Origin: Paragordius varius
Taxonomy: Eukaryota; Animalia; Nematomorpha
Direction of reading: 5' to 3'
DNA: 64,000 nucleotides
Assembly (NCBI GenBank): GCA_964247055.1
Contig: OZ176051.1
Location: 1,736,001-1,800,000 of the forward strand
The notes beneath the pieces were generated by a model, which worked only from the letters and a program-made list of their open reading frames with translations, did not search any database and was not told the DNA's origin. Shown one piece after another: positions 62,800 through 64,000 of the stretch; positions within the stretch are counted from its first letter, which is position 1, and each line of letters begins with the position of its first letter. A program made the position numbers and the translations under genes.

Positions 62800-64000
62800 T
62801 AATTTATTTATTTTTTGGTATGTATATGCATAAAGAAGAATATCACAAAAAATTATTATAGTAGGTATTTTTGGACTTGTCTGGATTAGCTCAGACTACC
62901 CCGCTCCGTCGACTCTGCCTATTCTACAATGTGTGCACACGGTAGCAGTGATTCTCCAGTCCTTTAAAAGTTCCTATCGCGTGAACGCACTTAGCTACTG
63001 GACACCGGTATTGACCTTTCACAATAAACTAATTCTTCTATACTGCCGTCTTCCCTTTTTGCTTAGCGGAAACTGACTCAGTAATAAGGGGGGAATCGCA
63101 CCAAATGTAGCTGGGCTAACCGTTATACCATGGCACACCTTGCGGTGGCGATTTAACCAACCCATCGTCTTGTACGCCTTCGTGCAACCATCAATTGGGC
63201 ACGTGAGCGCACCCTGGATCATGGGGCTTTAGGAATGTGCAATTTTAAGGTGTCTTCTTATGTTTTTGGCACTAGCAAACTTCACTGTACACCCTGGATA
63301 CGTGCAGGAAACTGTTCCTCCAACCCTAGCGTTTCTGACATTGGTAGGAGTAGGATCAATACCGCGTTTCTTCTTAGGTTTCAACGTAGCACTTTTTATC
63401 GGAGGTTTACCCTTTATCACGTTCGCCAAATCCGTAAGACTACTACAACTCACCCCCATAATCTTGATAGAACCATCCGAACCAAAGTTGCCAAATAACC
63501 AAGAAAGATCATTTGATATGACTTTCTCCCACCTTTGTCTTGCACGAGCGCCGATCTTCCCTGCACCGATTGAGACTGAGCACATGGATCTAGCTATGTC
63601 GGATGAGTGACCTTGACACAATCTACAAAACCACCCTAGTCTTCTATAGCAAATCATCTGGTTTGCATAAGGAACCTTGATTCTGTTTTCGATCCACACT
63701 TATATGATCTTATTTAGAGACGTTCTCGCAGCTCCTTATGCAGGAGTTAATAAAACTGTCCAGTCTCTAGACATCCCTTGCATTAGTGTTCCAGCATTCT
63801 GATCCGTAAGCAGGTATGACAAACCCCAACAGGAGGCGTTTTTGAGGCTACAATTCAACAGAGCCCTCGAGAGTAGATGTTTCATCTGTATAAATAGAAA
63901 TTCTCGCTCTCTGTATGCGGTCGGCTATTTTCTCAGACATTCCGCGCCTGCTGCTCAATACCGAACCAAGATACGAAATTGCACATCCTGCATCATCAAT
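62800..64000 (-). mobile_element. 3' part of a second, diverged RTE-type LINE (runs off the window)
   Basis: SYLGSVLS...IADRIQRAR, YGSECW, RARQRWEKVISNDL, CTYPGCTVKFASAKNIRRHLKIAH, CPIDGCTKAYKTMGWLNRHRKVCH, then a 3' UTR and an A-rich tail at ~62790-62825. Confidence 0.88.

Noticed and set aside
61282-63610. Long plus-strand ORFs (61282-61704, 61899-62432, 63235-63498, 63260-63610) and 32150-32470 on the minus strand
   Set aside because: Antisense to recognisable RTE RT, endonuclease and zinc-finger coding sequence; no independent motifs.

Overview
A very AT-rich animal genomic window; I did not identify the species. Four protein-coding genes can be rebuilt exon by exon with consistent splice phases. 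(1) U1 snRNP 70K (snRNP70, + strand, 670-5532, 10 exons). (2) An unrecognised ~302-aa coiled-coil gene (+, 7977-8997). (3) A secreted Gly/Lys/Trp-rich protein with a furin-like site (-, 10152-9146). (4) A scribble/LAP-family gene (-, 36306 to ~10763, 26-27 exons, LRRs plus only two PDZ domains). The most striking property is a class of GT-AG micro-introns of only 20-28 nt, which coexists with 50-230 nt and multi-kb transposon-filled introns in the same genes. The only long early intron of snRNP70 holds a candidate stop-containing poison exon with tandem 5' splice sites. The rest of the window is transposon-derived: RTE-type LINEs (head-to-head and head-to-tail, with twin C-terminal C2H2 fingers), two Helitron remnants, a 2.7-kb hAT element with a perfect 8-bp TSD, hAT and CACTA-like MITEs, foldback-like elements with 21-bp subrepeats, and satellites. 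Degenerate 18S (5' end) and 28S (3' end) rDNA fragments each lie next to an RTE copy. All of this was read by eye; repeat boundaries are approximate.
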